A stretch of DNA of 50,311 bases, filler included, from Catajapyx aquilonaris (GCA_000934665.2; 3 parts of 3 records of this genome joined end to end with filler, not necessarily neighbours in it); one strand, 5' to 3'; counted from the first letter of the whole stretch, positions 11,460 to 24,421 are shown. Notes: generated by a model from the letters alone, not told the origin. Translations and numbers: made by a program.

Positions 11460-12329
11460 ATGCAAATAATTGTTTAATTTCAAGTAATAGCCCTGCTTCA
11501 GTAAGTCAACAAGCAAGCGTCACACCATAGAGTCAACGCAACATTAGATGGTGGGCCACTCTGTGGTTAATTATGTACCATTCACTCATTCCTCTACAGA
11601 TAGGTTCTTGTCTGTTTTTCATTCAACACATCAGATCTGTCTTATTTAGACTCCATTCGTTTTCCATTCAGATGGACGATACCATGTACGACACTACCGG
11701 TATCAAATTCATTAACTTTCCAAACGTCCACTTCCCATGTTATATTCAATTCTAGTAATTTTTAACCGCATCTGTTTACCATGCATTGTTTCAATACATT
11801 TATTCCAATTATATCAGGCGATCATGCTTTTCCCATCCTCTTTAATTCCATGGATTTATTATTGTACCTAAGGACCTGTTCAAGTAGCCCCGCTACCTAA
11901 ACGGCAACCATCTTGCGCATCTTGTAGTGTATAATCTATGCACCTAGTTTGACGCTAAAGGCCGCTGTGTTCGCCACTGACTGTATCTTTGATGTGGTAG
12001 GGGTTGCTACCTAGCGGCCTTGGTAGGATCAAAACATGTTGTCACGTGGTGAACTGTTTTATTCGGTTTTATTAGTTGATTTAGACTCGTGTGGTTTTTA
12101 CCCCGTAAAAATGTTGTAAGAATATTCGTGTGAGACAAATGCCGGGTCATTAAACCAATATGCGAAATGCAAGCCCCATCGAGATATCACGCGTTTGCCC
12201 AATCGCGTAACTCTCCCTCTCTCCCTCACTCCTCTCTCTCACTCTCCCCTAAAAGAGAGAGAGTAGCGAGGGCGGACTCAGGATGGCGTCAGGTTGGCAA
12301 ATCAAGGCCGAACTCTTTCTCCAAACTGA

Positions 12330-14235
12330 TGAAGGTCACCCTTTAGAAGCATTCATCCATTGAATGACATATATTAGAGTGGCTGGACAGCAACATTTTG
12401 ATCCAACTCCCCTGCGTTGCCAAGTTTCAGTGATCTGCTCCAATCTAATGACACGAATCATTGGGCCATGCGGGTTGCCTTTCTGAGTCAGGATAACTTT
12501 GAACAGGTCCTTTGCTTCCAATGCTCAGTTCTCAACCTCCTGTTCAATTCAGTTCACTTCAGTTCACCTGCCATGAATTAATTACATCAGAAATTGAATT
12601 GTACCTGTCACTGAATGCCATAATTTATTCCATATTGAAATGTATTCAATGCTAGTGCAGTATGACACACGATCTTATTACATGCTTCCTCATCCTTCAT
12701 TATGGCCATGTACAAGGGTTGCCTTCATATTATATGTATACCATGATTGCATGTTACTAATTTTTCTTCTTTATTTGAAACAGGTCCACCTTACAGTAAA
12801 AAATAATTAACTCATGAAGTGGTGTTATCTAGAAATGTAATAAGTAATAATATTGTGTTTTTTTTCTTGCAGGATCAGATAATTTCACGAGCTCCTTTCT
12901 GTAGCTCTTGCTTTTCACAGTGCACTCATGCAGTTTCATTTTGAAAACTTTCTTTCCTGCTGTAGTCAATCTAAGCTTACCTTGCAGTAGAAGTACCACA
13001 ACTTTCTTCCCACCAGCCAATAATGTGTCAATATCCTGTTTATATATTAATCACATATTCTTGATAATAACATATCAAGAAAATGTGACTAATATAAACA
13101 AGATCTTGACACATTATTGGCTGGTGGGAAGAAAGTTGTGGTACACTGGTACTCCACCTGGAAGGTATGCTTAGATGGGGTGCAAAAATAAGCAAAATGG
13201 GGTGCTGCTAAGGGCCCAGTTCACGACTGGCACTCTGTTTATACTAAGAGCTCTTGGTTTATTGTCATTGTAACAGACAACTGATTGGAAGTTTGGAAAG
13301 TTCATGTTCCCTGTTTCTTCCCTGAGTACGCTAATGGCTGGGTTGCAGCAGTGTAGGTTCAAAAGAATCTATATTCCTAGTGCTTTGACTCTTTATTTGC
13401 ATTAAGATTGATTGCATCAGTCTGTAAAATAAAGATGAGATTCTTACCGACTTCCATGCTGGTGCACACCAGCCTAACCATCCCAAAACATCAGATTGCC
13501 TAGCCTGACAACTCATCTACAGCGACGATTGCAACACTGGATATGCAGGCAGCATTTTCCTCATTCCCCTCTGCATAGCTCCAGCCTAGTCCTGCCTCTG
13601 GTATGCCATTGTCACCATCTTGACATATGTCCCACTCTTGTGGAAATGCATTACTTAAGACATATCTTGTGCCCACCAAAGCAGTGACCACATGTTTCAA
13701 GACTGTATTTTTTGTGTAACTTGACCATTGCCATATATGAATAAATAAACAGATTTTAGTAGAAACTTGGCTGGTGTTCTTGTCATGTCTTAGCAAAGTG
13801 TCTTAGGGGCAAGTAATACATAATAAAGTGACACAAGATATACATTTCCTCTTACTATTGGTGACTTTACATTGACATCAGTTTGGTACAGAAAATTTTG
13901 ATATCCCGGTATTGTCATTCCTGACCAGAGCATTCGCACCTAATAACTGGTCGGTCAGGATACTACAGGTTACTCTAATAGCATTGGCTATAACAGACTG
14001 CAAAGGCAGCTTTCGGAATACTTCCATAAGGCCCTGATGTCCCATTTTTATTTCTGATAACTTATAGCAGACTCATTTTTCACCTCATCTCGACTATAAC
14101 AGACCATTTCTTAGCCCCTCGGAGAGAAAATATGCTGCCTTCGACTTCCCTGAGTCAATTCTCACGCGTAGGAAAGAACTTCATACTGGAGTGAGGGTGA
14201 TTGTCCCATTAATCACTGACATTACAAATTTATTC
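12330..14235 (-). pseudogene. Decayed, intron-containing RING-finger transposase with RAG1/Transib-like motif order
   Basis: Manual translation across frameshifts gives, in order: ETCGHCF..KICL (RING-like, ~13660-13700); LHIQCCNRRCR; LLQP/ISVLREE; KKVVVLL; TS*VNYFLL; RQPLYMAIMKDEE (~12686-12724); IGADH*NL; GVGSKCCCP (~12384-12410). Many stops. Confidence 0.4.
12993..13144. repeat. 152-bp fold-back hairpin
   Basis: gtaccacaactttcttcccaccagccaataatgtgtcaa ... ttgacacattattggctggtgggaagaaagttgtggtac, with a ~6-nt loop. Confidence 0.9.
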
Positions 14236-15025
14236 CTGGTATATTTGGCAAAAAGATGGCAAAAGAAATAGCTAATTTTTTGGGTCCTACATAATTTATG
14301 GGAGAGCTATTTTGGTTGATCGTCTCATTAATCAGTATGCAGTAGTGTGCATTACAGGCATGCAGCAGGCAGGATACTTGCCTATTTATTTACAAGACTC
14401 TCTTCAAAAGGTGTACAGGGAATTTCTGTCCAAACGTGAGTGCATGGAGACCTTTCGAGAGAACATGTCCTTAGTGGTTTTCTGCACCTATCTGTCCACC
14501 AAGGTGTAGGCTCTCCCATGTACCCTTGGCATCCAATGGACAATGTCCACTACATGCATACTGACCACTAACTACTATGCATGAAACGTAGCCATTCATG
14601 TGCCTACTCAGAGATACCACTAGCACTCCTCTGAGACAAATAGCATCCAAGTGTCCTAAACCATAAGAAAACAACAAGCTCGACTAAGATGTGGGGGTAA
14701 ATTAATTAATAACAAAGCAATGAAATATGATCAGCCATGATTTACACTGTCTCTGCACACAAATGTGTAGCCTAATCCGGATGTCGCATATGTAGATAAC
14801 ACAATGAAGGTTCAAATAACATGTCTAATACAGCATGCCTTCATAGCTCACAACCTCAGAGATCAATTAGACATTGAATGTAATGTTTTTGCATTTTAAT
14901 CACGTCGAGTAAAGGTCATCACCTGTACAGCGGCCCCTTTTCAAATAGGCGCGTGAAGGTAACAAGGCCATGTAGACTTGGGGGCGTGGCTTGGCCCCCC
15001 GCCTCTCGTGGCCCTTTCTCGGAAC

Positions 15026-15683
15026 AATGGACCTTTTAGCCGTGACGTATTTGTTTACCTTTTTTTTCGCGGCGGCCATGTTGGTTGGGCAGAACCAGCA
15101 TGGCGGCATGCTGAGCGGGTTATTTCTGCAACAATATCTCGAGTAAGTAAGCCACGCCGGCCTTCTTTTCGGTTCCAAATTGATGTGGAGGGGAGGGCCA
15201 GATTGTTGGCCGCCGTCAGGAGAGTGGAGAAGGTCGAGAAAAGTTGGTAACCCACCAAACATCGACTGATTTGCGGAGCTCACACTTTGCACAAAGTAAC
15301 CATTTCCCGTGTTTATTTCCATGCTGGAAGTTGCAGTGTGACTAATTAACCCCGGCGAACCTCACACACCGGCACAAACACTGCCAACAACACGAGCAGG
15401 AGCGATCATTTACCCACGAGAGTATCGTATCGAGTATCGTATCGCCTCGCCTCTTTGTTTCTCCCGTAGTAAGCCTTTTCGCGTAGTGCGGCAGTGGTTC
15501 CAAAGAGCGGGCCATGTCGGGGAGCCCCGTAGGTAGGCCACGGGCCAACCACGGGCCACAGCAGAGCTCCTAAACCCCGGCAGACCTCAAAAACCATGCC
15601 AACAACACGGGTGGGATAGGGGTTTTACCCAACCAACATGGCGGCCGCCTTTGTTGTGATGACGTAGCGTGAAAAGGCTCATT
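15026..15683. mobile_element. Non-autonomous TIR element (PIF/Harbinger/ISL2EU-like ends)
   Basis: Left end aatggaccttttagccgtgacgt...gcggccatgttggttggg. Right end cccaaccaacatggcggccgc...tgacgtagcgtgaaaaggctcatt. Confidence 0.6.
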
Positions 15684-16317
15684 AAATCAAGATTAAATGA
15701 AGCACGAATGAAGATCGTCGCCCGCCGACCCCAGCTTCGATTTTTTTTTTTGCGTAAATTCGTCATTACTAATTATTTAATCATCTGAAATGTGTTTTCA
15801 GGTCTATAAAATGTATTAAAATCGAAAAAGACATGCATCAATATTTAAAAGCCCATTTATCACCCAGACGGTGTTCGAAAACCTGACTGTGAAATCGTGG
15901 CAACACCGCGTCTCGCTAGTGCAGTGTTCGAACCTAGTGCGCTCCTCTAAGCAGGCAGTGAGGCGACTCTGAATGGGAGCAACAAGTGTGGCGCTAGTGC
16001 GGACCTAGCGTCGCACTAGTTAGTGTGCACTTTTGCGCTGCATTAGCGAACGACTCTGAATACGGCCCTATACATTATTTCTCAAAACCTGTACCGGACA
16101 GAATCCCACTGACTAGAGATTCAGCGCGAAATGTACAATAGGATTCGCTATTCACCGTTTCAGATTATTTTATTTTAGTTTATTATTTTTTGTGGGGGAG
16201 GAGGGGGGTGGGGGGTAGAGCAGTGACATTTTCCGTAATTTTATGCCCTTTGTTTTGGGCCTTATCGCGTAAATGGTGGAAGATATCGCAAAGGTAAAGA
16301 CATTTTGACCGTGCAAG

Positions 16318-16582
16318 GGCCACACTTTCCCGCGATACAGGGTGTACCGCAAATGTCACATTTTCATGTCATGCGCATTTTGGTATGCCACAATATCTCA
16401 TACCCATTTTTTGGATGTCATATTCTCATGTCATGCGCATTTTTGTATGCTACAATATGTCATGCGCATTTTTGTTTGTTACAATATGTCATGCGCATTT
16501 TTGTATGCCACAATATCTCATACCCATTTTTTGGATGTCACATTTTCATGTCTGACGCATTTTTTGTATGTTACAATATCAT
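16318..16582 (+). repeat. ~30-bp-unit tandem repeat following a TA|CAGGGTG transposon-like end, cut by the gap
   Basis: catgcgcatttttgtatgc.acaatat repeated. Confidence 0.8.
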
Positions 16583-16682
16583 NNNNNNNNNNNNNNNNNN
16601 NNNNNNNNNNNNNNNNNNNNNNNNNNTTAATTAATTAANNNNNNNNNNNNNNNNNNNNNNNNNNNNNNNNNNNNNNNNNNNN
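16583..16682. other. Artificial contig spacer
   Basis: N run around TTAATTAATTAA (stops in all six frames). Confidence 0.97.
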
Positions 16683-17031
16683 GAACACCTTTCTGTACTT
16701 GTCTGGCATTTGACTGGCCTTCACTACAGAACCGAAGCTGAACAAGATGAACCCATGCTCTCCTGATCCGGCCACAAAAATCCTCCAAATCCTTAGGCAA
16801 GGGCTTGGCTGGATGGCAATGAACTCCGCCAGCTTCTACCACAGAAGGCATAAATGGACGCGGACCATTGATGCTGAAGTGACTGTTGGTCAGAACTAAC
16901 AATAACTGTAAGATCATGTTCCTCTCCACTTCCAAGACTCCAGGATGATCTGGAAACTTTGTTGCTATAACCCTGTCTACCATTGGGACATACAGGTATT
17001 GACGAATGGTGGTCACTAATAACATCACACC
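16683..17031 (-). pseudogene. Inverted UGT fragment nearly identical to 32294-32629
   Basis: Same sequence except a ~12-bp insertion after gaggaacatga and a +1 T frameshift (gaggatttttgtgg). 5' end abuts the fold-back at 17034. Confidence 0.85.
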
Positions 17032-17033
17032 TA

Positions 17034-17782
17034 CTACTTTTGCTGTCAAATTAAAGCGTTTTCTTATCTCTTTACAAATGAGGTATAAAAGTGGTGCTAA
17101 CTGCTGCAGATAATATATTACCACTGAGCATGCAAAGTGAATTTTAGTAACATTCTACCTTGGTAGGTTCGACAAGCCATAGCTTGCAAACCATAACTAA
17201 CACATGTATGAATTTTTTGTAGAATGTGCTGGGTTTGTATACTTGTTATTGGCCTACGTACTTTAAAAATAAGGAGGTGTTTTTTGTGGTTATCAAATTA
17301 AAAAGCATTTGTTTTATAGTATAGGTAAATTAGGGCCGGAGGCGGAATATATATATTATAGGTTTCCCAGCCCGCAACTTTTAGGACTTTTCACTGCAGG
17401 TACGGAGGGTCCCAGATAATGTTTTAAAACAAAAATTAGCTTTCCCAAAAAATTTATATATATTCCGCCTCCGTCCCTAATTTACCTATACTAAAACAAA
17501 TTATTTTTAATTTGATAACCACAAAAAACACCCTCCTTATTTTTAAAGTACGTAGGCCTGTAACAAGTACAGTACATGGTTAGCAAATTCTACAAAAAAT
17601 TCATACATGATTGTGTTAGTTATGGTTTGCAAGCTATGGCTTGTGAAACCGACCGAGGTAGAATGTTACTAAAATTCACTTTGTATGGCCAGCGGTAATA
17701 TATTATCTGCAGCAGTTAGCATCACATTTATACCTCATTTGTAAAGAGATAAGAAAACGCTTTAATTTGACACCAAAAGTAG
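17034..17782. repeat. Fold-back inverted repeat (arms ~325 bp, spacer ~100 bp), probably part of a DNA transposon
   Basis: ctacttttgctgtcaaattaaagcgttttc... pairs with ...gaaaacgctttaatttgacaccaaaagtag. Inner ends ggaggcggaatatata / tatatattccgcctcc. Confidence 0.9.
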
Positions 17783-18689
17783 CCAAATCGGCGAGAAAAT
17801 AAGGAAAATACGAGGATTTTTCTAAACTGAAGCAGAAAATGTGACAGCCTGAATAGCAAGAAAATGGACATTTTCAAAAATTTCTCCTGAGCCCAATTTT
17901 GGACTTTAAAAATGTAAATAAATAATTTGGTGTTATCTCATAAGTAGTTGCTCATGTTAAAATTCTGAAACATATCTGAGATGTGAAAGCACATGGCACC
18001 AGGGGATTTGGTGTGACCGTACCAGTTTTACTATGTCTAAACGTCCTACAGTGCAATGCATTCTGATGCTGCCTTGCATCACCTTTATCTCAGTGCATAT
18101 TTGATTACCCCATTCGTTTCACTCTATACTTTCTGCCAGTGCCAGCATATGTCATGTGACTTTTCCTTTTGCTTGCGCCCATCATGCATTGTACTCTGCT
18201 ATATAAGGGAGTGAGCTGTTTCACTCCAGGCCGTGCGGGGGAATGGTCGTGCCCCACCCCACCTTGATGTCCTTTTTTCCTTTCACTAAATGTTTGTAAG
18301 ATAACACACTAAAGAGGATGACAGAACTGAACCCACTGACTATTTACTGTGTGTACCTAACCGCTCGGGTCACACTGGCATTTAGCCATTTAGCAAATTA
18401 AAATTTTAGTAATGGACAATGAGTGAACTATATATGAGCGACTGTATGAGAGTACCGGTATATGTCCTGAAACACTATAATGATACAAAATCGTCTTCAT
18501 TACCACTTTGAAAGAATGACCATAACGACTCAAGTTAGGGTAAAAATGATAAATTTACTCGGTAATTCCACGACAGGATCGGGGGACAGCATTGTCTTGC
18601 GAACCCATCAGACTCGTCCAACGACCACGTCGGTGATCCCAAATGTTTCGGTCCTAAAAATTCATTGCAGGTGGGTTAATTCCAACTAA

Positions 18690-19362
18690 TTCAGGGAAGC
18701 ACTTCAGGCTTCGACATCTGCTTCATCAATCCACAATATTATCGACACTTACGCGCTTAGACATAACCAAGGCTTAGTTAGACCGTTCGGCAAAACACAT
18801 AATGACACAGCAGTTCAGCTTCGATACACTTATATAGGGCTGGGCTGGCTTGAGGTTGAATCCACACTCGTTGTGGTTTGAGGGATACAAGTATACTTGG
18901 TCGGACACAACATGTACATTATGTAACCAGGATGAACCCTTCTCCCAGTACCATTTTCTATTTGAATGTCCATTTTTTACGCCTACACGTATGATTTGTC
19001 TGGAGAGATTTGCTCCTCCCCCGAAGGACTCCCCGTATCTATTTTTTATTACCCCCCATGAACAAGTGTTGTCGGGTCTTTTTGACTATTTTAGGCGAAC
19101 CACAAGGCATTTACGCTTTTCAGATATTGTACTCGAGTGACGCAATGAAATGTAAAAGTAAGGGACCTAGCTACGATGTATGTCCTCCAAACATGTATAT
19201 AATTACTGTAAGCGCAAGTATATTTGTAAGTTCCTAGTTGAACACAGTGTCATTATTTAAGAGTTAATGTTCTTTGTTAAATAAGTGTACATGTATTTAG
19301 GGAAGTCATCCCAAAGGGTAACCCAACCCACGGGAACAAATAAAACAAAATAAAATCAAAAT
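18690..19362 (+). mobile_element. 3' fragment of a non-LTR retrotransposon (CCHC knuckle, 3' UTR, A-rich tail)
   Basis: CTLCNQDEPFSQYHFLFECP..R in ORF 18850-19140; tail aataaaacaaaataaaatcaaaat. Confidence 0.6.
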
Positions 19363-19744
19363 ATAGGGCTGGGCGGGGGAAACCCCCAAAAAGGGATAAA
19401 TGCCGTTCTGACACTACGCCCACCTATAGACACACACATATGTGTCATCCCACCAGTAACACGTTTTGACGACCGTGTCATCTGACACAACATAATTAGT
19501 ATATCCTGCATGCCATATCACATGACACACAGATGTCTGTCAATTTACACAAAACGCTTTGACAAAATTACCTGACACGTTTCTGACACGTTTTTGCGTG
19601 TCACCAGACACACAAAAACGTGTCAAAAGTGTGTCGCCGTTTTGTGTGAGACTCTGTTTTAAACTATACAGCTTCCAGATCGAGTAAGTATAATTTTCCA
19701 TTGCGTACTACTCACGTGTAATTTACTGAATTTTTTAAATGCAG

Positions 19745-20788
19745 GATCTGGCTGATTTTGTGGCAAGTTCAAGAGACCATGGATTTAACTTGTTCAGTTT
19801 CTGTGGTGCAGTGGAGTACCATGCCAGAAAAAATTCGCAACGCTCTTGTGGAGGTCTTCTCTAAATTACCTCAAAAAGTCATATCGAAGAAAGGAACAAT
19901 ATAAGGGACTGTCATCCAATGTGAAGTTGGTCCAGTGGGCTCCTCAACAGGATCTGTTATGTTAGGTGAGCTTGACACGTAGGCGACGTGAAATTCAGTT
20001 TGTATGTATTTGACAATGACAAAATGGGCACTGTTATTACATAGCATACGAACAAAGGTAATAATTGTTCTGTCAATAATGCAGCTGTTATACTGAATTT
20101 TTTAATACTGATGCTTGATAATATTCTTTTCAGCTTCAAAAGTAGTGTCTAAAGTGTCCAGCGTCTTTAGCGATCAACACACCAAACCATTGGACATAGC
20201 CATATATTTTGTATAGAATATGTGATACGGGGGGAGGTGTAGATGGCCGAGATGGTAACGTCTCTGCTTGCTGAGTGAAAGGCCCCAGGTTCGATCCCCG
20301 CCTGGGGAACTTTCCACCTGCGTCAGGAGAGTCTATGACCTGCACCAAGGAGGTGTCTGGCAACCTAACCTACTGGGGAACAGCACATGGCCCCTTTCTC
20401 GACATTGCACTTGCACCAATGTTCCCTCCCCAAAAATCCCTATATCCTTACCTCATGTCCTTTCATCCTTGCACCGGAGTTAGAAGAAAAACTCAGAAAA
20501 TTAAAGGATAAATGGTGGTATTCCACTCCCCTATAAGGGCCTATGGCCATATCACGGGGTAACGTTAAAAAAATGTGATAAGGCACATAGGAGTACTGAG
20601 CCCAGCACCTTCGACCTGGTTATGTGGAACTGAACTGGTTCCAAGTGAACCTATTGGACGTGTTTTTATTCCTGGCGGTTGGCATACTGCTCTTTGTATT
20701 GGTGACGTGTCTGAGATTCATCTGTCAAAAATCGTACGGCGGAAATAAGGCTTCCAAAGATCCCCAAAGAAAGCAGAAGCCCCAGTAG
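19745..20788 (+). pseudogene. UDP-glycosyltransferase pseudogene
   Basis: Exon 19745-19965 (DLADFVASS.DHGF...WAPQQDL, frameshifted) and last exon 20134-20788 (EYVI/RH...ELNWFQVNLLDVFLFLAV...KKQKPQ*) split by a SINE. No HPK..FITHGG exon and no first exon are seen. Confidence 0.85.
20228..20572 (+). mobile_element. tRNA-derived SINE, family A, inserted in the UGT pseudogene exon
   Basis: A box TGGCCGAGATGG, B box GGTTCGATCCC, A tail, and TSD atgtgata at 20220-20227 and 20573-20580. Confidence 0.9.
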
Positions 20789-22577
20789 GCCTAGTGGTAA
20801 AAAGGGCTAAACGAATTCCTACAATTTTTGCCTTTATAAAAAAATCAGAATTTGACGTAATATCCAAATTCATTTCAATCATCCCTATTTTGCATGAAAT
20901 AATGATAATTGATTTTGATGGTCATCTCGCACCTAACCACGCAAAATTTCATAACGCTCGTCAGTTTGGACTTATTATTTTGATGGAACCTAAAATGTCA
21001 GAAGCAGAAAGAACCGATCTTTTCCCATAATCTTAGTTCAAGGACCCACGGCAGTAAAATGGCCATTGGCCGACTTGCCTCGGTGTGCTGAAGTAAGTGC
21101 GCAGACACAATGCCTTCGATTATGTCACAGTGTATACGAAACCGGCACCGTTATATGATAAATCTCAAGGTAAATATCATGTATATGCTTCATAGGCGAA
21201 TATATTAAACATGTCTTGCCAACCAATACTTTTCCGTCAGTGAACATAGAAAGTTGATCAATCAAATCAATGTTAAGAATTACCCCCACTTCAGTGTCTA
21301 CACTCTACACCATGCTGTTTCTTACTGTGATAGAAGAAGTTGCCCTTAGCATAATATTTGTCCCAAAACGAGTTTAAAATGTATGGATGAAAAATCTCGA
21401 GTGACCAATCAGTAACGAGATAGGCTCATGTGCAGCCAAATGCAGGCAGAACATCCTATGCATTTATAAAGGATGTTGCGCAAGAGGTGACATTGAATGT
21501 AAGGACTCCTCATGCCCAGTCATCATTCATCATCCCTATAGGTATCAAGTGCATGTTCACGGGCTGTTATGCCTGAGAACAGCAGCAATATGGATTGTTG
21601 CCTGTGTCTAGGAGCAGACTAATGTGTCTGGTTGTCTATTTTGTAACAGGTTAGTCCCTTAACATTTCTCCCCCCTACATTTTTGACTTGTTTTGGGTCA
21701 ACAAGCATGGTGTGGTCAAATATTCTACTTGTAACAAATACCCCGTGTAGAATAATTTTAAGGACATATTCTCATGTTATAGAAAAGGGGAAAAGGCTCA
21801 AGGCAAGACAAGCAGACTGAAATAATTAAAGTGAGACTTCTGTGGTTTTAGTGCATGAAGTTTAATCTTCGCAAACTTGTAACACCATTGTACGTGTAAT
21901 TATGTATTGGATACATTTATACCTCCGCATACGTGAAGAGCATTTAATTTTCGTAATGGAACTATCAGAGGCATGGTACACTCTGCCTCTATTAAAATGA
22001 CCTTCACATCAACGGGTTTTGTCAATAGGCCTACCTAGATTGATAACAAAACTTGTATTATTTGGTCAAATGGCCTTGGTTACTCTATAAAGGCATCTAC
22101 ATATTATATAGAGAGAAGTCCTGGAAAACTAAAACTGAACGGCATAGATTAGGCTATACTATAGTCTACAAAATTTCAAGGCACACACAACATATCAAAA
22201 GTTGTGCAACTCCTCTGGAAGTTGAATGAAGGTTGATACAAGATTTTTCTGTGTCTGACTTTAACTATATATAGGAAATCTTTAAGTTCGCAGCAAATGT
22301 TTGGGAATTACTGTACCATTACTGTTATAAACAATGCCGAAGAGAGTTGCATGAGCATGGTAATGGTCAGCAGTAGTCCAGGATTAGACAGCTCACTAGA
22401 AAAATTAAGTTCTTCCTTACATTGATACTTCATGCGTGGTTTAAACAAGTGTCAGAGGAAGACTTTAGGCAAATGATAGACGCAGGAAATGTTTCATATT
22501 CTCTGACTATTTTCATGAATTTTTAGAAATTTAATATATCCCATATAAGTATGTTGTTCCAGGGTATGATAATACGG

Positions 22578-22600
22578 TAATAATGATGATGATGATGATG

Positions 22601-22654
<54 letters not shown>
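22578..22654. repeat. (AAT)n/(GAT)n microsatellite
   Basis: Seen directly; lies at the tail end of the adjacent SINE. Confidence 0.95.
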
Positions 22655-22987
22655 GGCCTAATAATAATATTGTTTAGTGCACCGCCCATTTGATGGGCAT
22701 TTGGCACGGTACCTTTATTTTGCTTTTTAGTTGTACAATCTTGTTGGTCCTTTTCCGGGTACCGCAAGCGAGGGGGGATGAGTTGGAGGGGAGGGGATGT
22801 GCAAGGTGCAGTGCAATGTCTCATGCGGTCATTATGTGAGTTCGCCGGGGTTGTTAGTCTCAAGGAATCTCATACGAGGCAAAGCCAGAGACGACCCAAT
22901 TCTGCACGAGATGAAGGGGGGAATTCCTGGGCTTGGGATCGAACCCAGGACACTTTTACGTTTCCGCAGCCCCACTCCTCCTCCCCT
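22655..22987 (-). mobile_element. tRNA-derived SINE, family B (diverged copy)
   Basis: Shares ctgcacgagatgaaggggg...gggatcgaaccc and the body with the copy at 37087-37427. Confidence 0.75.
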
Positions 22988-23847
22988 AGTTCCAGGTTCT
23001 CAACCCCAGCATTATAATATTAGAACTATCTTAAGAGTAATAAATAATTACCGTACTCTCAATGCATATTGTTCTAATATACAGTGAGGGGTTTGAGAAC
23101 GTGGAACTACTGTATAGTACTCCTCATATATTATCATTATGATAGACTGACAGTGAGGTTGATCACCTGAAAGTAGTATGTCCTATTCCAGCATAAGTAA
23201 AATACCGACCTTTTTGTAAAATATCCCATTGCTGTTTTTGTTAACGATTCGTCAATAATATTGTAGTTTGTAACATTTCCTGTATGTTATTCCATTCATT
23301 TCCATTTTACTTTTTGTCATTCAACCTTTGAAATTATGACAGAGTTGTAGACTGAACTCCAGCGTGCAGACACTAAACTCTTTGTGAATGATATCAACAT
23401 GGATCAAATTTGCGAATTCTGCTGTGCTGGCCTGCTGACTCCTACAGGTAATGTTTGAACTGCTTGTATATCACTGTTTTAAAATTTCAGGTTAACAGTG
23501 AGCAATAATAAAAGGAAGTCCAATAAAACGCTACCTTACATGAATTGATAATACGATTTCTAAACTTGGTGTATGTAATGTATCATTGATAGCCGTGAGA
23601 AGCGCATAAATGTAATTTTTTTAGAGCGAAAAGGAATTTCACGATGGCCACCCTCACAAATTCTCATTTTTTACTATTTCAGTCACCGAAGTTCTACCAA
23701 TAAATTACATGCAGTATTTTGTTCAACACATAGTACTCATTGATTTCCTTGCAAATTTCAAGGCCTTGAACTGTACTTTATCTAGATTATTTAACTGTTT
23801 TTTTGTTTTAGGCAACTACCCTTACTCACTCAGTTACTACTGTAGTT

Positions 23848-23915
23848 TGCCATACTGGCATAGTCATGCTAGATAAGCATGATTGCTTATCTAGCATGAC
23901 TATGCCAGTATGGCA
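23848..23915. repeat. Perfect 32-bp-arm hairpin with a 4-nt loop
   Basis: tgccatactggcatagtcatgctagataagca-tgat-tgcttatctagcatgactatgccagtatggca. Confidence 0.95.
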
Positions 23916-24179
23916 TTTTCACTACGATTGTATCTGAAACACACACTGATAAGAGTGTTGTCTGTCGATTTGTAAGTAAGAAAATCAATAGCAGAAAGGC
24001 CGTGAAACTGTGAACTTGGTAAGTTGAGCATTCCAAATTATTGTCGAAAGTAAAACGTTAGTACTGTATATGTAAGTACAGTGCACATGTGACACGCAAC
24101 ACTGAATTGCTTTAGTCCGTCTGCTAAAATTTGCAGTATATACCTTATTGCATATTATATGTAGGCTACGTTAAATAAT

Positions 24180-24421
24180 GCAAGGATTGGCTTACAGCCA
24201 ATTTGAATGGGGGCATTTATCCTCCTCGTCCGACAGGAGTGCCGCCTGGTGGCGAGATCTTTGCACAGCTCTCTCTACTGTATCTGTTCACTCCTGCAAT
24301 ACACTGATTTAACCTCCTACTGGACTCTTATTCCCACACCCTCTGAGCTAGCTTGGTCTAGGGACCAGATCCGGGGTTCCTCACAATAATACTGTACACC
24401 CCCAGCCCCCACTGTGCATAA
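24180..24421. mobile_element. Unclassified 242-bp insertion flanked by a 13-bp direct repeat
   Basis: tacgttaaataat at 24167-24179 and 24422-24434. Confidence 0.5.

Noticed and set aside
12093..12132. RSS-like heptamer/nonamer (CACACGA-24 bp-GTAAAAACC on the minus strand) near the RAG1-like fossil
   Set aside because: Weak match, and it faces the wrong way to be the terminus of an element lying to its right.
14900..15600. ORFs inside and next to the 15026-15683 TIR element
   Set aside because: They cross the element boundary and show no convincing domain. RRPAWL is only faintly THAP-like.
22531..22863. Poly-Ile ORF (and the poly-Tyr ORF at 49492-50136)
   Set aside because: Translations of (AAT)n and (TAT)n microsatellites.
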